From an uncultured Muribaculaceae bacterium (GTDB lineage Bacteria; Bacillota_I; Bacilli_A; RF39; UBA660), in contig CAYSFO010000003.1 in assembly GCA_964430695.1 (NCBI GenBank), forward strand, positions 1 through 54,368: a stretch of 54,368 nucleotides of DNA, in the 5' to 3' direction. Shown here in pieces: positions 26,273 through 36,511 of this stretch (positions are counted from its first letter, which is position 1; every line of letters starts with the position of its first letter). The notes under the pieces were generated by a model, which ran no database searches, had not been told where the DNA came from, and was given only the letters and a program-made list of their open reading frames with translations. The position numbers and the translations under genes are program-made.

Positions 26273-27485
26273 TTTCAATCTCCTTTTTATTTTCAAGAAC
26301 TACCATACTCTCCACATGATAAGTATAACTAAACATATCTAATATGTAAAATTTTTTTATCTTGTATTTTGTTGTTAATCTTTTTAAATCTCTTACAAGC
26401 GTTAAAGGATTACAAGAAATATAAATAATTTTCTTAGTAGCATTACTATTTAAAATAAGTTCTAAAGAATTCTTATCTAATCCTTTTCTTGGTGGGTCAA
26501 CAATGATAGAGTCAAAGTTATCTTGAATTTTAGGTAATATTTTTTCTGCATCTCCTACCATTGGATAAATATTTTCTCTTTTGTTTAATTTTTTATTTTC
26601 AAGATTATCCAAAACAGCATTTTTTACAATTTCTATACTATATACTTTTTTAGCTTTTTCACTAGCAATAATTCCTAACGTCCCTACTCCCGAATATAAA
26701 TCTAACACAGCATTAGATCTTTCAATATTCTTTTTTAATAGGGAAAATAACTCTTTTGTAACAAAAAAATTAACTTGGAAAAAAGCATCAAAACTCACTT
26801 TAAATAAAAAATGATTGATTCTCTCATAAAAATAATTGACACCGTAAATCATCTGCTTATTTAAAATAACCCCTACAATTTTTAAGTCTTTAAAATCATC
26901 TTCATGAAATATTATCTTATCCTTAGATTCGATAATAATTAATAACTCATCGTTGTAATTGGAACGAATTGTTATATTTCCATTCTTTATATTTAAAAAA
27001 TGTATTTTTTGTATACATTTATTAATACTTTCTTTAGCAATTGCACAAGAATCTATTTGAATTAAACAATGGCTACTTTCCTGATAAAACCCAATTTTCC
27101 CATTTTCTATTTTTAAAGAAAGTTTGTTACGATAGTTTTTTGGATTTTGATTTTCTATGATTTCTATTTTAGGAAAAATTATTTTTTCTTTCGTTAAAAT
27201 ATTTTCGACATTTTCTTTTTTAAATTTTAATGTATCTTGATAAGTAAGGTTTTGTAAATGACATCCGCCACATTCTTTAAAATAAGGACAGAATGACTCC
27301 ACTCTATTTTCTGCATGCTTTTTGATTTCAACAACTTCTGCTATATTATACTTCTTCTTTTCTTCTAGTATCTTACATAAAACAATTTCTGTAGGAAGCA
27401 CTCCATTTATAAAAGTGATTTTATTATTTATGTACCCAATCCCTCTTCCTTGATGATCCATTCTTACAATTTCTATCTCATACAT
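26253..27485 (-). CDS. 23S rRNA (uracil-C5)-methyltransferase, RumA/RlmCD family
   Basis: A TRAM-like N-terminus, an Fe-S Cys cluster (CPYFKECGGCHLQ ... C), the SAM motif DLYSGVGT and a C-terminal catalytic SCNP are present. Confidence 0.8.
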   Translation of the reverse strand: MYEIEIVRMDHQGRGIGYINNKITFINGVLPTEIVLCKILEEKKKYNIAEVVEIKKHAENRVESFCPYFKECGGCHLQNLTYQDTLKFKKENVENILTKEKIIFPKIEIIENQNPKNYRNKLSLKIENGKIGFYQESSHCLIQIDSCAIAKESINKCIQKIHFLNIKNGNITIRSNYNDELLIIIESKDKIIFHEDDFKDLKIVGVILNKQMIYGVNYFYERINHFLFKVSFDAFFQVNFFVTKELFSLLKKNIERSNAVLDLYSGVGTLGIIASEKAKKVYSIEIVKNAVLDNLENKKLNKRENIYPMVGDAEKILPKIQDNFDSIIVDPPRKGLDKNSLELILNSNATKKIIYISCNPLTLVRDLKRLTTKYKIKKFYILDMFSYTYHVESMVVLENKKEIENEIKRD

Positions 27486-27566
27486 TTTTAACACCACTTT
27501 TATTATACAATAGAAAATTACGTATACCAATTTCTTTTTTCGCTCATACTAAAAATGGTGAAATAT

Positions 27567-29003
27567 ATGCAAGATAAAATCTTAAAACGACTTCAAAAGG
27601 AATTTGAAAAAAATACGGACTTTACAGTTAAAAAGATAGAGACAAAGCATTTTAAAGATATTTATGTCGTTTATTTAGAAAGCGTTTCTGGTAGCGATAA
27701 GGTTAATGATTATATTTTAAAACAACTAACATTTATCAATAATTTAAAAGATGTTAAAAAGTATGATATAGAAAGCATTATTCCTGGACCCAATACAATT
27801 AAAATAACGGAAGAAGACCAAATTGAATATTATTTAACCAATGGTTTTACTGTTGTAATCACTTATAAAGAAATTTTAGCGTTTGAAACAAAAGCAGATA
27901 TTAACCGTAGTGTAAGTGTTCCTGAAGTACAAAAATCAATTTATGGACCCTCAGATGCCTTTACCGAAAACATTCAAATCAATTTAGGGCTTTTAAAAAG
28001 AAGAATTAAATCAAGTCATTTAAAAAGTGAAGATTTAAATATGGGGCGTAAAACGAACACCAAAGTTCAAATTTTATTTTTTGATGACATTACCGATATG
28101 AAAATGGTAGAAACCATAAAAGAGAAACTTTCTAGCATAGATGTAGATGGGATTATGGATTCAGGAAACATAGCCAATATTTTGTCTGAAAATGAAAACA
28201 CACCTTTTCCAACAATTTCGCAAAGTGAAAGGCCCGATGTCATTGCTACTGCTCTTTTAGAAGGAAAAGTATGTATTATGGTGGATACTTCTCCTTTTGT
28301 TTTAATTTTACCTTCTTTTTTGGCTGATTTTATTAATCCCGTTGTTGATAATTATAACCGTAGTGTCAATGTTAATTTTTTAAAAGTTTTACGTTTTGCC
28401 AGTTTTTTCTTAACCATGATTCTACCAGGATTATATATTGCATTAATTAATTATAATATGGAAACCATTCCGACAAGTTTGCTAGTTAACTTTGCCGCCC
28501 AAAACGATGGAGTCCCCTTTCCCACCATTATTGAAGCGATTGTCATGATTATTGTCTGTGAAATTTTACGGGAAAGTGATTTACGTTTCCCAAGTAGTTA
28601 CGGAAGTGCCATTTCGATACTTGGCGCTTTAGTCCTTGGGGAAGCCGCAGTATCGGCGGGGATTGTCAGTCCTATTATGATTATCATTATTGCCTTCACT
28701 TTTATTACAAGTTTAATATTTACAGAATATGAAATCATCAATGCGATACGTTATTTTCGATTTATCTTTTTAGCACTTGCTGCTATGTATGGTCTTTATG
28801 GAGTGGCTCTAGCTCTTATCTATTTCCTTATTCATATTACAAGTGTTAAATCCATAAATCAGCCGTATTATTATCCAATTGTCCCTTTTGATATGACCTA
28901 TATTAAAAAGACTTTATTTAGAACAAAATATGTAAATGATACCAAACGGAGTAAATTATTAGCTAGAAAGAATCAAACAAAGAAACAGGTTGGTGAAGCA
29001 TGA
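27567..29003 (+). CDS. Spore germination protein, GerA-family A subunit
   Basis: A soluble N-terminal domain is followed by a C-terminal multi-TM region (SERPDVIATALLEGKV, GVPFPTIIEA). It is the first gene of a three-gene operon with 4-nt overlaps. Confidence 0.85.
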   Translation: MQDKILKRLQKEFEKNTDFTVKKIETKHFKDIYVVYLESVSGSDKVNDYILKQLTFINNLKDVKKYDIESIIPGPNTIKITEEDQIEYYLTNGFTVVITYKEILAFETKADINRSVSVPEVQKSIYGPSDAFTENIQINLGLLKRRIKSSHLKSEDLNMGRKTNTKVQILFFDDITDMKMVETIKEKLSSIDVDGIMDSGNIANILSENENTPFPTISQSERPDVIATALLEGKVCIMVDTSPFVLILPSFLADFINPVVDNYNRSVNVNFLKVLRFASFFLTMILPGLYIALINYNMETIPTSLLVNFAAQNDGVPFPTIIEAIVMIIVCEILRESDLRFPSSYGSAISILGALVLGEAAVSAGIVSPIMIIIIAFTFITSLIFTEYEIINAIRYFRFIFLALAAMYGLYGVALALIYFLIHITSVKSINQPYYYPIVPFDMTYIKKTLFRTKYVNDTKRSKLLARKNQTKKQVGEA

Positions 29004-30082
29004 AAAAGTTCATTATATTAATTCTATTTGTTTTAACTTTAAGTACAGGCTGCTACGATTATACTGAAATCAATGATATGGCAATTGTATCAGGAATTTC
29101 CGTAGATTATGAAGAAGATAAGTTTCAAGTTGCTTTTGAAATATTAAATACGATTAACAAAGAAGATAGTGCTCAAATGGCAAAAGTATATGTTGTAAAA
29201 GGAGAAGGAAGTTCTTTATCAGAAGCCTTTTCAAGTGCCTCTTTAGAAATTGATAAAATGCCCTATCTTGCCCATTTAAAAACGTTAGTCATTAATGAGG
29301 AAGTGGCTAAAGAACATGTAGAAGAAATAATTGATTTTTTATTACGCGATAATCATATTCGAAATGTATTTTATTTAGCCATTGCCAAAGACACAACGGC
29401 ATATGAAGTTCTTACAAATACAGATACAAATAATCCTGTTGCAAGTACTGCCATTGCTAAATTAATTGATAACAATATATTTTCTAATAGTATTGCTGCC
29501 GATTTGAACTTTGAAAAGTTTATGGTCAATATTCTTGACCCTAGAAAAGATACTTATGCCTCATCCATCGTCATTGAAAATGATGTTTTAAAATTAGGTC
29601 CCATTGCTATATTTAAAAAATATAATATGCAAAGTTATTTAACAGAAACAGAATCTGCTACTTTTAATGTCATGAATGGCGACTCAAAAGAAATTCATTT
29701 CATAGTGGATTGTCCAAATAATAAAAATAATTTTATTACTTTATCAACGTTTAGTAAACCTAAATCAAAAATAGAAATCGAAGATAAAACTGTAACAATT
29801 TCGACAGAAGTAGAAATAAGGGTCATCGAAAATCATTGTAAAATGGATTTTAAAAAAGTAGAAACGTATGAAAATATTCAAAAACAAGTGGAAAAGACAT
29901 TAGAAAAAGACATGGAAGATGTTGTAAAAAAGGCAATCAAATATGAAAGCGATATTTTAAAAATAAATCAAACCTATTATCAAAAATATAAAAAAGAAAT
30001 AGATTTTACAACATTGAATTATAAGTATAAAGCAAGTGCAATTATTAATAGAAATGGATTAATTTTCGAGGTGGAAGAATGA
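29000..30082 (+). CDS. Ger(x)C-family germination lipoprotein
   Basis: The lipobox is LSTGC. Size and position fit the germinant receptor C subunit. Confidence 0.8.
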   Translation: MKKFIILILFVLTLSTGCYDYTEINDMAIVSGISVDYEEDKFQVAFEILNTINKEDSAQMAKVYVVKGEGSSLSEAFSSASLEIDKMPYLAHLKTLVINEEVAKEHVEEIIDFLLRDNHIRNVFYLAIAKDTTAYEVLTNTDTNNPVASTAIAKLIDNNIFSNSIAADLNFEKFMVNILDPRKDTYASSIVIENDVLKLGPIAIFKKYNMQSYLTETESATFNVMNGDSKEIHFIVDCPNNKNNFITLSTFSKPKSKIEIEDKTVTISTEVEIRVIENHCKMDFKKVETYENIQKQVEKTLEKDMEDVVKKAIKYESDILKINQTYYQKYKKEIDFTTLNYKYKASAIINRNGLIFEVEE

Positions 30083-31104
30083 CAAGTAAATTAGAAAACT
30101 TTGCAGTAAATTATTTTTTAACAAGAGCTTTATTTTTAGGAATCGGCTTTTCTGTAATTATTGGTCTTGCTAGACAAGATAGTTTTATTGCTTTTAGTAT
30201 TGGTACAATCATTGGATTATTCTTTATTTGTTTAATTAATAAAGTGCAGAAATATAAAGGAGACAGAACGCTAAGTGAATTATTAACAGAAATGAAAGGT
30301 TTTGGAATCTTTTTAAGAATGGTATTTATCATTTATGGGCTTGCCCTACTTTGTGAAGGACTTACTTTTATTCAATTATTTGCTTCTTCTTTTTTCTTAA
30401 TTAGAACCCCCATATGGTTTATATCTTTACCTCTTATTTTATTATTAATTCGCATTGCCAAAAATGGGATTACTACTACATTTAGAGTATCCACTTGTCT
30501 ACTCCCTATTTCGATTACATTAACCTTACTTTCTTTATTTGCCTTGTGTGGTTATGTAAATTTATCTAACGTTACACCTTTACTCGTCACAAAAGGGTCT
30601 AATTTTATAAGGTCGGTATTTTACTACGTTACATTATCAGTTTCTCCATCGATTCTTATGTTGGTAACTAAAAAAAGTAATAGTACTTTCTCTTATTTAT
30701 TTGGAAGTTTTACCTTAATTGCCAAAATGTTTTTAATCATTGCTATTATAGGACCTTTACTTGCTAGTATTTATCGATTTCCTGAATACATTATTTTGAA
30801 AGAAATTAAAATTCTTGATTTCATTGAAAAAATTGAAAACATTGTTGCTTTATCTTGGATTCTTGATGTATTTGTCTATTTATCCATGTCTTCTCTACTC
30901 GTAAAAGAATTAATTCCACAAAAAGGGAACAAAATAGTACATACATTGCTTATTCTGATTACTTTCTTTATTTCTTTCTTATGTATTGGAAAATACTATA
31001 CAAACGAATTAATCATTTATTATATTGTCCCTATATTTACTTCTGTTGTATTTATCTTAACTATTCTTCCTATGTTTCTTTATTTGTATGCCAAGAAAAA
31101 ATAG
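30079..31104 (+). CDS. Spore germination protein, GerAB-type permease subunit
   Basis: A ~10-TM protein of 341 aa that completes the operon in A-C-B order. Confidence 0.75.
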   Translation: MTSKLENFAVNYFLTRALFLGIGFSVIIGLARQDSFIAFSIGTIIGLFFICLINKVQKYKGDRTLSELLTEMKGFGIFLRMVFIIYGLALLCEGLTFIQLFASSFFLIRTPIWFISLPLILLLIRIAKNGITTTFRVSTCLLPISITLTLLSLFALCGYVNLSNVTPLLVTKGSNFIRSVFYYVTLSVSPSILMLVTKKSNSTFSYLFGSFTLIAKMFLIIAIIGPLLASIYRFPEYIILKEIKILDFIEKIENIVALSWILDVFVYLSMSSLLVKELIPQKGNKIVHTLLILITFFISFLCIGKYYTNELIIYYIVPIFTSVVFILTILPMFLYLYAKKK

Positions 31105-31116
31105 TTCATTTTAGAA

Positions 31117-32178
31117 CTATTTTTCTATTGTATAAGATTCTTCTTCAATATTAGCAAAAAGACTGTTTAAAGCTTCCTCTTTTTTTTCTTTCGTAATTGA
31201 ATTCAAGATATTTTCATTCTTTTTCGTTGGCATATCAGCTGGTTTATTTAATTTTGGTAAATCAATTGTTTTAGGTAATTCAAATTCTGGTTTTACCGGA
31301 ATTGGTGTTACTTCTTTTACCTCAGGAACTGGTGTTTCTTCCACTACTGATAATATAGGTTCTTCTTTTTCTTTATTTAAGTATACCGAACTAAATTGTG
31401 TTGGCATAGCTGGCTTTTTCACAGGTTCTTCTTGAAGTACTGGCTGCTCAACGGGTGCTATGACAGGTTCTGAAAATATATTTTCTTCCTTTTCTTCCTC
31501 AATAACAGGCGTATCCATTGTTGTTAAATCTACATGAAATGGATCTATAGCTGGTTCTTCTACCTTTGGCTCCAATACTGATTCTGGTTGATTATTGCTA
31601 ACAGGAGCAGTAGGTTCTAGAGCATTATTTAAGCTAAATATATCCGAAATAAACGGATCCTTCGGTTCTTCATTACTCGTTTCATTGCTAGATTGATTTA
31701 TCGTTGGCTGTATCGTTGTAACTAAGTCACTATTTAAAGTCATATTATCAAGACTAAATGGATTGGCTTCTACTACAGGTTCAACTACAGGTTGAGAAAC
31801 AGGTGTATCTATCGGTGGAACCGGTGTATCAATTACTGGAGCCGTTTGAGGCGTCGGAGTCTCTACAGGATTAACCGCTGGTGCCACTGGTGTTTCCATC
31901 ATAGTATTAACATTTGGCGCATTAACATCTGGCTGTCCATTAGTAAGTGAAATCGGTTCTAAAGTCTCTGCTTTTAACTCCTCTTGTTGTTGATTTCCAT
32001 CTATATTTGTATTTGTTGGTTGTACATCTTCTTTTGAAATATTTTCAGCATTTCTTGCTTTTTCATCTTTTTTTCCAAAAAATAAAATTACTAAAAAAGA
32101 AAAGGCTAAAATAGTTATTACTATAAACAATCCTATTCCAAAATAATTGTTACTATAAAGTCTATATAGGAATTTCAT
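31117..32178 (-). CDS. Membrane-anchored Pro/Val/Glu-rich low-complexity protein
   Basis: The N-terminal TM helix (FGIGLFIVITILAFSFLVILFF) is followed by PV/PT/EP-rich repeats. Confidence 0.55.
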   Translation of the reverse strand: MKFLYRLYSNNYFGIGLFIVITILAFSFLVILFFGKKDEKARNAENISKEDVQPTNTNIDGNQQQEELKAETLEPISLTNGQPDVNAPNVNTMMETPVAPAVNPVETPTPQTAPVIDTPVPPIDTPVSQPVVEPVVEANPFSLDNMTLNSDLVTTIQPTINQSSNETSNEEPKDPFISDIFSLNNALEPTAPVSNNQPESVLEPKVEEPAIDPFHVDLTTMDTPVIEEEKEENIFSEPVIAPVEQPVLQEEPVKKPAMPTQFSSVYLNKEKEEPILSVVEETPVPEVKEVTPIPVKPEFELPKTIDLPKLNKPADMPTKKNENILNSITKEKKEEALNSLFANIEEESYTIEK

Positions 32179-32299
32179 TGTTCCACCACCTTATTATTCT
32201 ATGAATAGAATATCATATTCCCCCACACAAATCAAGCACATTGTTTTTTATTTTGTAAAACCAACTAAAATTTTTAAAAAGGAACAAAAAAACAAAGTC

Positions 32300-32515
32300 T
32301 TACATAAACTTTGTCATTTGTTTCATTACTTGATTTACTTGCTTTTGGCTTGGTTTCCTTCCCATACTACTCATCATTGCTTCAATCATCTTCTCATTGA
32401 TTGGAGGATTTTTTTGCATGTATTTTTTCATAGCAAATCTTGCTATAAAAAAACCAATAATTAAACCAACTACAAGGCCAATAACAATTAATAAAATATC
32501 ATGTACCATAAACAA
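32300..32515 (-). CDS. yneF: UPF0154 (YneF) family membrane protein
   Basis: [45 protein letters not shown] matches the family. It shows synteny with tkt and the sirA-like gene, as in B. subtilis. Confidence 0.8.
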   Translation of the reverse strand: MFMVHDILLIVIGLVVGLIIGFFIARFAMKKYMQKNPPINEKMIEAMMSSMGRKPSQKQVNQVMKQMTKFM

Positions 32516-32564
32516 TGGTCCTCCTTTTATATCATTGTACTAAAGTTTATGCGTTTTCTCAAGA

Positions 32565-32981
32565 TTATGTTGCTAATCTTTCTAACCAGAAATAATCTTT
32601 ATTTTCAAAATCACAGAAAAATAGATTTGAATATTCAGTTAAATCTTGTAAAAAAACAGGATGTATAATTGAACTCTTTAATGTTAAAAAATGTTTATGT
32701 ACGATTAATTTTGATTCTTCTTTTTTATAAATATTATTAATTTGGTGAATGTTTTTAAATTTTGTATAAAAATAATTATCACTATATTTTTTAAATATTT
32801 TAATATCTAATTCTTTACTATTAAATGGTTCTGCCAATTTATAAAATAAATCTGCACCTCGATGAATGTCATGTTTATCTAAATTGTAGATATAAGATAG
32901 CATTTTAAAAAGATGATAAGGATTGTTTTTTGTAAGTCCCGCATATTCCTCTTTTATTTTAAAAATATAAAACGTTCTCAT
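32565..32981 (-). CDS. sirA: SirA (YneE)-like sporulation inhibitor of replication, tentative
   Basis: Size (138 aa) and position between tkt and yneF match B. subtilis sirA. The MRTFYIFKIKEEYA start resembles SirA's YLIKEEFA. Sequence similarity is weak. Confidence 0.45.
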   Translation of the reverse strand: MRTFYIFKIKEEYAGLTKNNPYHLFKMLSYIYNLDKHDIHRGADLFYKLAEPFNSKELDIKIFKKYSDNYFYTKFKNIHQINNIYKKEESKLIVHKHFLTLKSSIIHPVFLQDLTEYSNLFFCDFENKDYFWLERLAT

Positions 32982-33045
32982 GATTAGTCACCATAAATAG
33001 TATAAGAGAAAGTTTATATTTTTTTTGTCAAAAAAAGTCGCAAAA

Positions 33046-35031
33046 CTAATCTCTTAACAATAATTTTGCAACTTTTATTTTTAAATTTTCATAATCATAT
33101 TCTGTCTTTTTCAATACTTCTTCTGGATGTCCGCTAAAACCAAAATCATTTACTCCTAAAATATATTTTTCATCGGTTACAAATAGTCCCCAACCAAGTT
33201 TACTACTTGCTTCTATTACAACTGTTTTTACATTTTTAGGTAAAATTTGTTCTTGATATACTTTATCTTCTTTTAAGAACAATTCCATGGATGGCATACT
33301 AACTACTCGAATATCTACATTTTCTTGTTTCAAATCTTCTTTTATTTTTATGGCTTGTAAAATTTCTGTTCCTGTTGCTAGTAAAATTCCATCTAATTTT
33401 CTTTCTTCTTTGGCTATAATATATGCTCCTTTACTAACCAGCTTTGCATTCGAATTTGGAATTTTTGGCATACTACTTTTACTTAAAACAAGACTTACTG
33501 TTTTTTTATTTTTACAAATGTATTCCCAAGAACCTAATACTTCGTTAATATCGCAAGGACGGAATGTAACCAAATTAGGAATACTTCTTAAAGCCGTTAA
33601 TTGCTCTATTGGTTCATGAGTCGGACCATCTTCTCCAATAGAAATAGAATCATGTGTAAATATATAAGTAACTGGTAAACCCATCATGGCACTCATACGC
33701 ATGGCAGGTTTTAAATAATCACTAAATGCAAGCATTGTACTACAATAGACTTTAAATCCTACCATTGCCATTCCATTTAATATTCCCGCCATTGCATGTT
33801 CTCTTACTCCAAAATTAATATTTCTTCCAAGTGGTTGTGCAAAAGATTGAATATTTGTATTATCAATATATGCTTTTGTACTTGATGCTAAATCGGCACT
33901 TCCACCTAATATAAGTTCTGTTTTGGAAGCGACTATATTTAATACTTTATGATTTGTCAAACGTAATTCTTCTTGATACGTATCATTTACACGATAATTT
34001 AAACTATCAAAAGGAATTTGTAAATCTCTATTAGCTAACATTCGTAATAGATTTAACAAACGATCATTTCCCGAAGATTGCATTTTTTTAAAAGAAGAAA
34101 CATAATTGGCATATTTTGGCCCTACTCGATCATTAATTAATTGTCTTACATGCACAATCGTATCTTTTCTTACCTCAAATGGAGCCACAGTAACATTTAA
34201 TTTTCTTTTAATTGCAAAAACATCATCATCCATCAAAGGTTTTCCATGCACAACACTTTTATTTTCGTTCATACTGTCTTTTCCAAGAATCGTATGAAAA
34301 ATAACAATAGATGGTTTCTTACTTTTTTTCGCATTTGAAATTGCTCGGTCAATACTCTTTAGATTCATCCCATCTTTAACAACTTCTGTATAAAATCCCA
34401 TAGAAGCAAAACGAGCTTCTACATCTTCTGTAAAATCAGTAGTTGTACTTCCATCATTTGTCATTTGATTACAATCATATAAAATCATTAATTTATCTAA
34501 TTTTTGTGTTCCAGCAAAAGAAGCAGCTTCATAAGAAATTCCTTCCATTAAATCGCCATCACCACATAAAACATAGGTACGATAATCCATAAACGTTTGA
34601 GTTTCATCTTCACTTTTTATAATATTTTCCATATAACGCTCTGCTAACGCAAAACCAACGGCATTGGCAATTCCTTGTCCTAAAGCTCCTGTTGAGATAT
34701 CAACTCCTGGGGTAATCCCATATTCTGGATGCCCTGGTAATTTAGAATCAATACTTCTAAATTGTTTTAAATCTTCTCTTGTAATATTAAATCCACATAA
34801 ATGTAGTGTTGCATATAGTAAAGCGGAACCATGCCCAGCGGAAAGAACAAATCGATCTCGATTTACCCACTCTGGATTCTCAGGATTTATATTCATATGT
34901 TTTGCGTATAAAGTATATAGTATTGGTGCTGCAGATAAAACAATGCCAGGATGTCCACTATTGGCTTGACTAATCATATCAAGAGCCAAAGCCTTTATTT
35001 CATTAACAGCATTTATATCATTTGGATTCAT
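33046..35031 (-). CDS. tkt: Transketolase
   Basis: Motifs SGHPG, GHGS, the ThDP motif GDGDLMEG and EDGPTHEPIEQL are present. Confidence 0.95.
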   Translation of the reverse strand: MNPNDINAVNEIKALALDMISQANSGHPGIVLSAAPILYTLYAKHMNINPENPEWVNRDRFVLSAGHGSALLYATLHLCGFNITREDLKQFRSIDSKLPGHPEYGITPGVDISTGALGQGIANAVGFALAERYMENIIKSEDETQTFMDYRTYVLCGDGDLMEGISYEAASFAGTQKLDKLMILYDCNQMTNDGSTTTDFTEDVEARFASMGFYTEVVKDGMNLKSIDRAISNAKKSKKPSIVIFHTILGKDSMNENKSVVHGKPLMDDDVFAIKRKLNVTVAPFEVRKDTIVHVRQLINDRVGPKYANYVSSFKKMQSSGNDRLLNLLRMLANRDLQIPFDSLNYRVNDTYQEELRLTNHKVLNIVASKTELILGGSADLASSTKAYIDNTNIQSFAQPLGRNINFGVREHAMAGILNGMAMVGFKVYCSTMLAFSDYLKPAMRMSAMMGLPVTYIFTHDSISIGEDGPTHEPIEQLTALRSIPNLVTFRPCDINEVLGSWEYICKNKKTVSLVLSKSSMPKIPNSNAKLVSKGAYIIAKEERKLDGILLATGTEILQAIKIKEDLKQENVDIRVVSMPSMELFLKEDKVYQEQILPKNVKTVVIEASSKLGWGLFVTDEKYILGVNDFGFSGHPEEVLKKTEYDYENLKIKVAKLLLRD

Positions 35032-35094
35032 TTTGGATCCCTACCTATTCTTATCAATAAGTATAACATGTATTATTTAAGATGTAAATTTTGA

Positions 35095-35433
35095 TTAAAT
35101 CCATTTTACTTTCGTTAAATTTTCATTAAGTTCAAATTCTTTTTCTTTTAAAGCATCAAACAAGTTAATATGTAAACTATTACAAATCGATATTAAAACG
35201 AGGAATATATCTGCTATTTTGGATTCGGAATTTTTATACTTTTCTTCTTTTAAAGAAATACGTATTTCTTTTCCAAGCTCAATCACATTAAAAAATAAAC
35301 GAAACATTTCACTAGAAATATCTTTTTTATTAAATGTATCCACATTTATTTGTTCTTCCACATATTTTTGAATTAAATCTAAACTATCTTCACGAGATAA
35401 ACTTTTTAATAATTCTTTTTTATCTAATTTCAT
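35095..35433 (-). CDS. Small helical protein, possibly MazG-like
   Basis: 112 aa, co-transcribed with the LexA-box-controlled peptide gene. It has only weak resemblance to MazG-type all-alpha NTP pyrophosphohydrolases. Confidence 0.35.
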   Translation of the reverse strand: MKLDKKELLKSLSREDSLDLIQKYVEEQINVDTFNKKDISSEMFRLFFNVIELGKEIRISLKEEKYKNSESKIADIFLVLISICNSLHINLFDALKEKEFELNENLTKVKWI

Positions 35434-35435
35434 AA

Positions 35436-35585
35436 TTAATCTCCTATAGCAACGATTGTGCTATTTTCTCCTTTCTTTTCTAATTCGTTTAAATACTTGA
35501 ATCTAGCATTTAGAGCAAACACTCCAAAAATGATGACCGAATACAACAAAATAACTCCACTATACTTTTCAATTATTTTTTTCAT
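35436..35585 (-). CDS. 49-aa single-TM peptide divergent from lexA; candidate SOS-induced division inhibitor (YneA/SosA analog)
   Basis: My translation is MKKIIEKYSGVILLYSVIIFGVFALNARFKYLNELEKKGENSTIVAIGD. It has a strong SD (AAGGAG). The promoter is TTGACA (35637..35632) - 17 nt - TATTCT (35614..35609), with a LexA half-box in the spacer. Confidence 0.55.
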   Translation of the reverse strand: MKKIIEKYSGVILLYSVIIFGVFALNARFKYLNELEKKGENSTIVAIGD

Positions 35586-35617
35586 ATACACTCCTTCTTT
35601 CTGTTCTCAGAATAACA

Positions 35618-35631
35618 CGTATATTTGTTCG
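35618..35631 (-). promoter_or_regulatory. Putative LexA (Cheo) box 1
   Basis: The minus strand reads CGAACAAATATACG, against the consensus CGAAC-N4-GTTCG. One half is perfect and the other degenerate. It lies in the spacer of the divergent peptide promoter. Confidence 0.45.
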
Positions 35632-35646
35632 TGTCAATACATTTTG

Positions 35647-35660
35647 TGAACATTTGTTTG
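35647..35660 (+). promoter_or_regulatory. Putative LexA (Cheo) box 2, overlapping the lexA -35
   Basis: The sequence is TGAACATTTGTTTG (GAAC-N4-GTTT). The lexA promoter is TTGACT (35658-35663) - 17 nt - TAATAT (35681-35686). Confidence 0.55.
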
Positions 35661-35707
35661 ACTTTTTACACAAACTATGTTAATATGATTTTGGAGGTAA
35701 AGTTTGA

Positions 35708-36322
35708 ATGAAAGAATTAACTACGAAACAAACTGAAGTCTTGAATTTTATAAAAAAATATACAGCCATGCATGGTTATCCCCCTGCAATTAGAGAAATA
35801 TGTGCTGGTCTTGGACTTTCTAGTCCTGCAACCGTTCATGCCCATGTAAAAAAACTAGAAGATGCTGGAGTAATTAAAACATCCAATAATAAATTTAGAA
35901 CCATTGAAATTCTTGTAGAAAATGAATTTATAGAAAAAGAAGATGTGATTAAAATTCCTCTCCTTGGAAAAATTACTGCTGGTAGTCCTATCGAAGCCAT
36001 TGAACAACCAAATGAATTTTTTAATATTCCTGCTTCCTTAGTTCCTAGAAGTGAAACAGTCTTTGCTTTACATGTAAGTGGAGAATCTATGATTAATAAA
36101 GGAATATTTGATGGAGATTATGTCATTGTTCAAAAACAAAAAGTGGCTAGAAACGGTGATGTTGTTGTAGCTATGACTATGGATAATGAAGTTACTTTAA
36201 AAACTTTCTATAAAGAAAAAGATCATATCCGCTTACAACCAGAAAATGATACAATGGAACCAATTATTTTAGCTAATTGTACCATTTTAGGAAAAGCAAT
36301 TGGTTTATATAGAAAATTCTAG
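35708..36322 (+). CDS. lexA: LexA repressor
   Basis: An N-terminal wHTH (GYPPAIREICAGLGLSSPATVHAHVKKLE), the cleavage region and the S24 peptidase motifs GESM...K are present. Confidence 0.95.
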   Translation: MKELTTKQTEVLNFIKKYTAMHGYPPAIREICAGLGLSSPATVHAHVKKLEDAGVIKTSNNKFRTIEILVENEFIEKEDVIKIPLLGKITAGSPIEAIEQPNEFFNIPASLVPRSETVFALHVSGESMINKGIFDGDYVIVQKQKVARNGDVVVAMTMDNEVTLKTFYKEKDHIRLQPENDTMEPIILANCTILGKAIGLYRKF

Positions 36323-36410
36323 CCTAACTTTATAAGTTGACTTACTTTGAAAGATTTATTTAGTAAAAAAAATAGTTGTATGTAAACACAAAGTTGTGTA
36401 CAATATAAGT

Positions 36411-36511
36411 GTAAGTGTTACCAAATTGATAACGCCTTACGTTTTGTTGAAAGACGCTATACCATTTTATTATGTAGAATTATGCATGTATTTGGTTAGC
36501 GTCTGTTTTTT
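36411..36511 (+). ncRNA. Candidate antisense/antitoxin small RNA (locus D)
   Basis: The promoter is TTGTAT (36376-36381) - 17 nt - TACAAT (36399-36404). A long terminator stem AGACGCT(ATACCA)...(TTGGTT)AGCGTCT + T6 ends on the peptide stop codon. It carries CGCCTTAC (36433-36440), complementary to the peptide SD region. Confidence 0.5.

Noticed and set aside
29000-31104. The A-C-B gene order of the germinant receptor operon as an anomaly
   Set aside because: The A-C-B order is known for some GerA-family operons (for example gerK-type), so it is not unusual enough to report as a finding.
32201-32464. Plus-strand 87-aa ORF overlapping yneF
   Set aside because: It is antisense to a recognisable UPF0154/YneF protein, and its His/Leu-rich product is implausible.
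35458-35649. Track ORF of 63 aa on the plus strand upstream of lexA
   Set aside because: It has no SD and an implausible composition. It spans the divergent promoters and LexA boxes, and lies antisense to the well-signalled 49-aa peptide gene.
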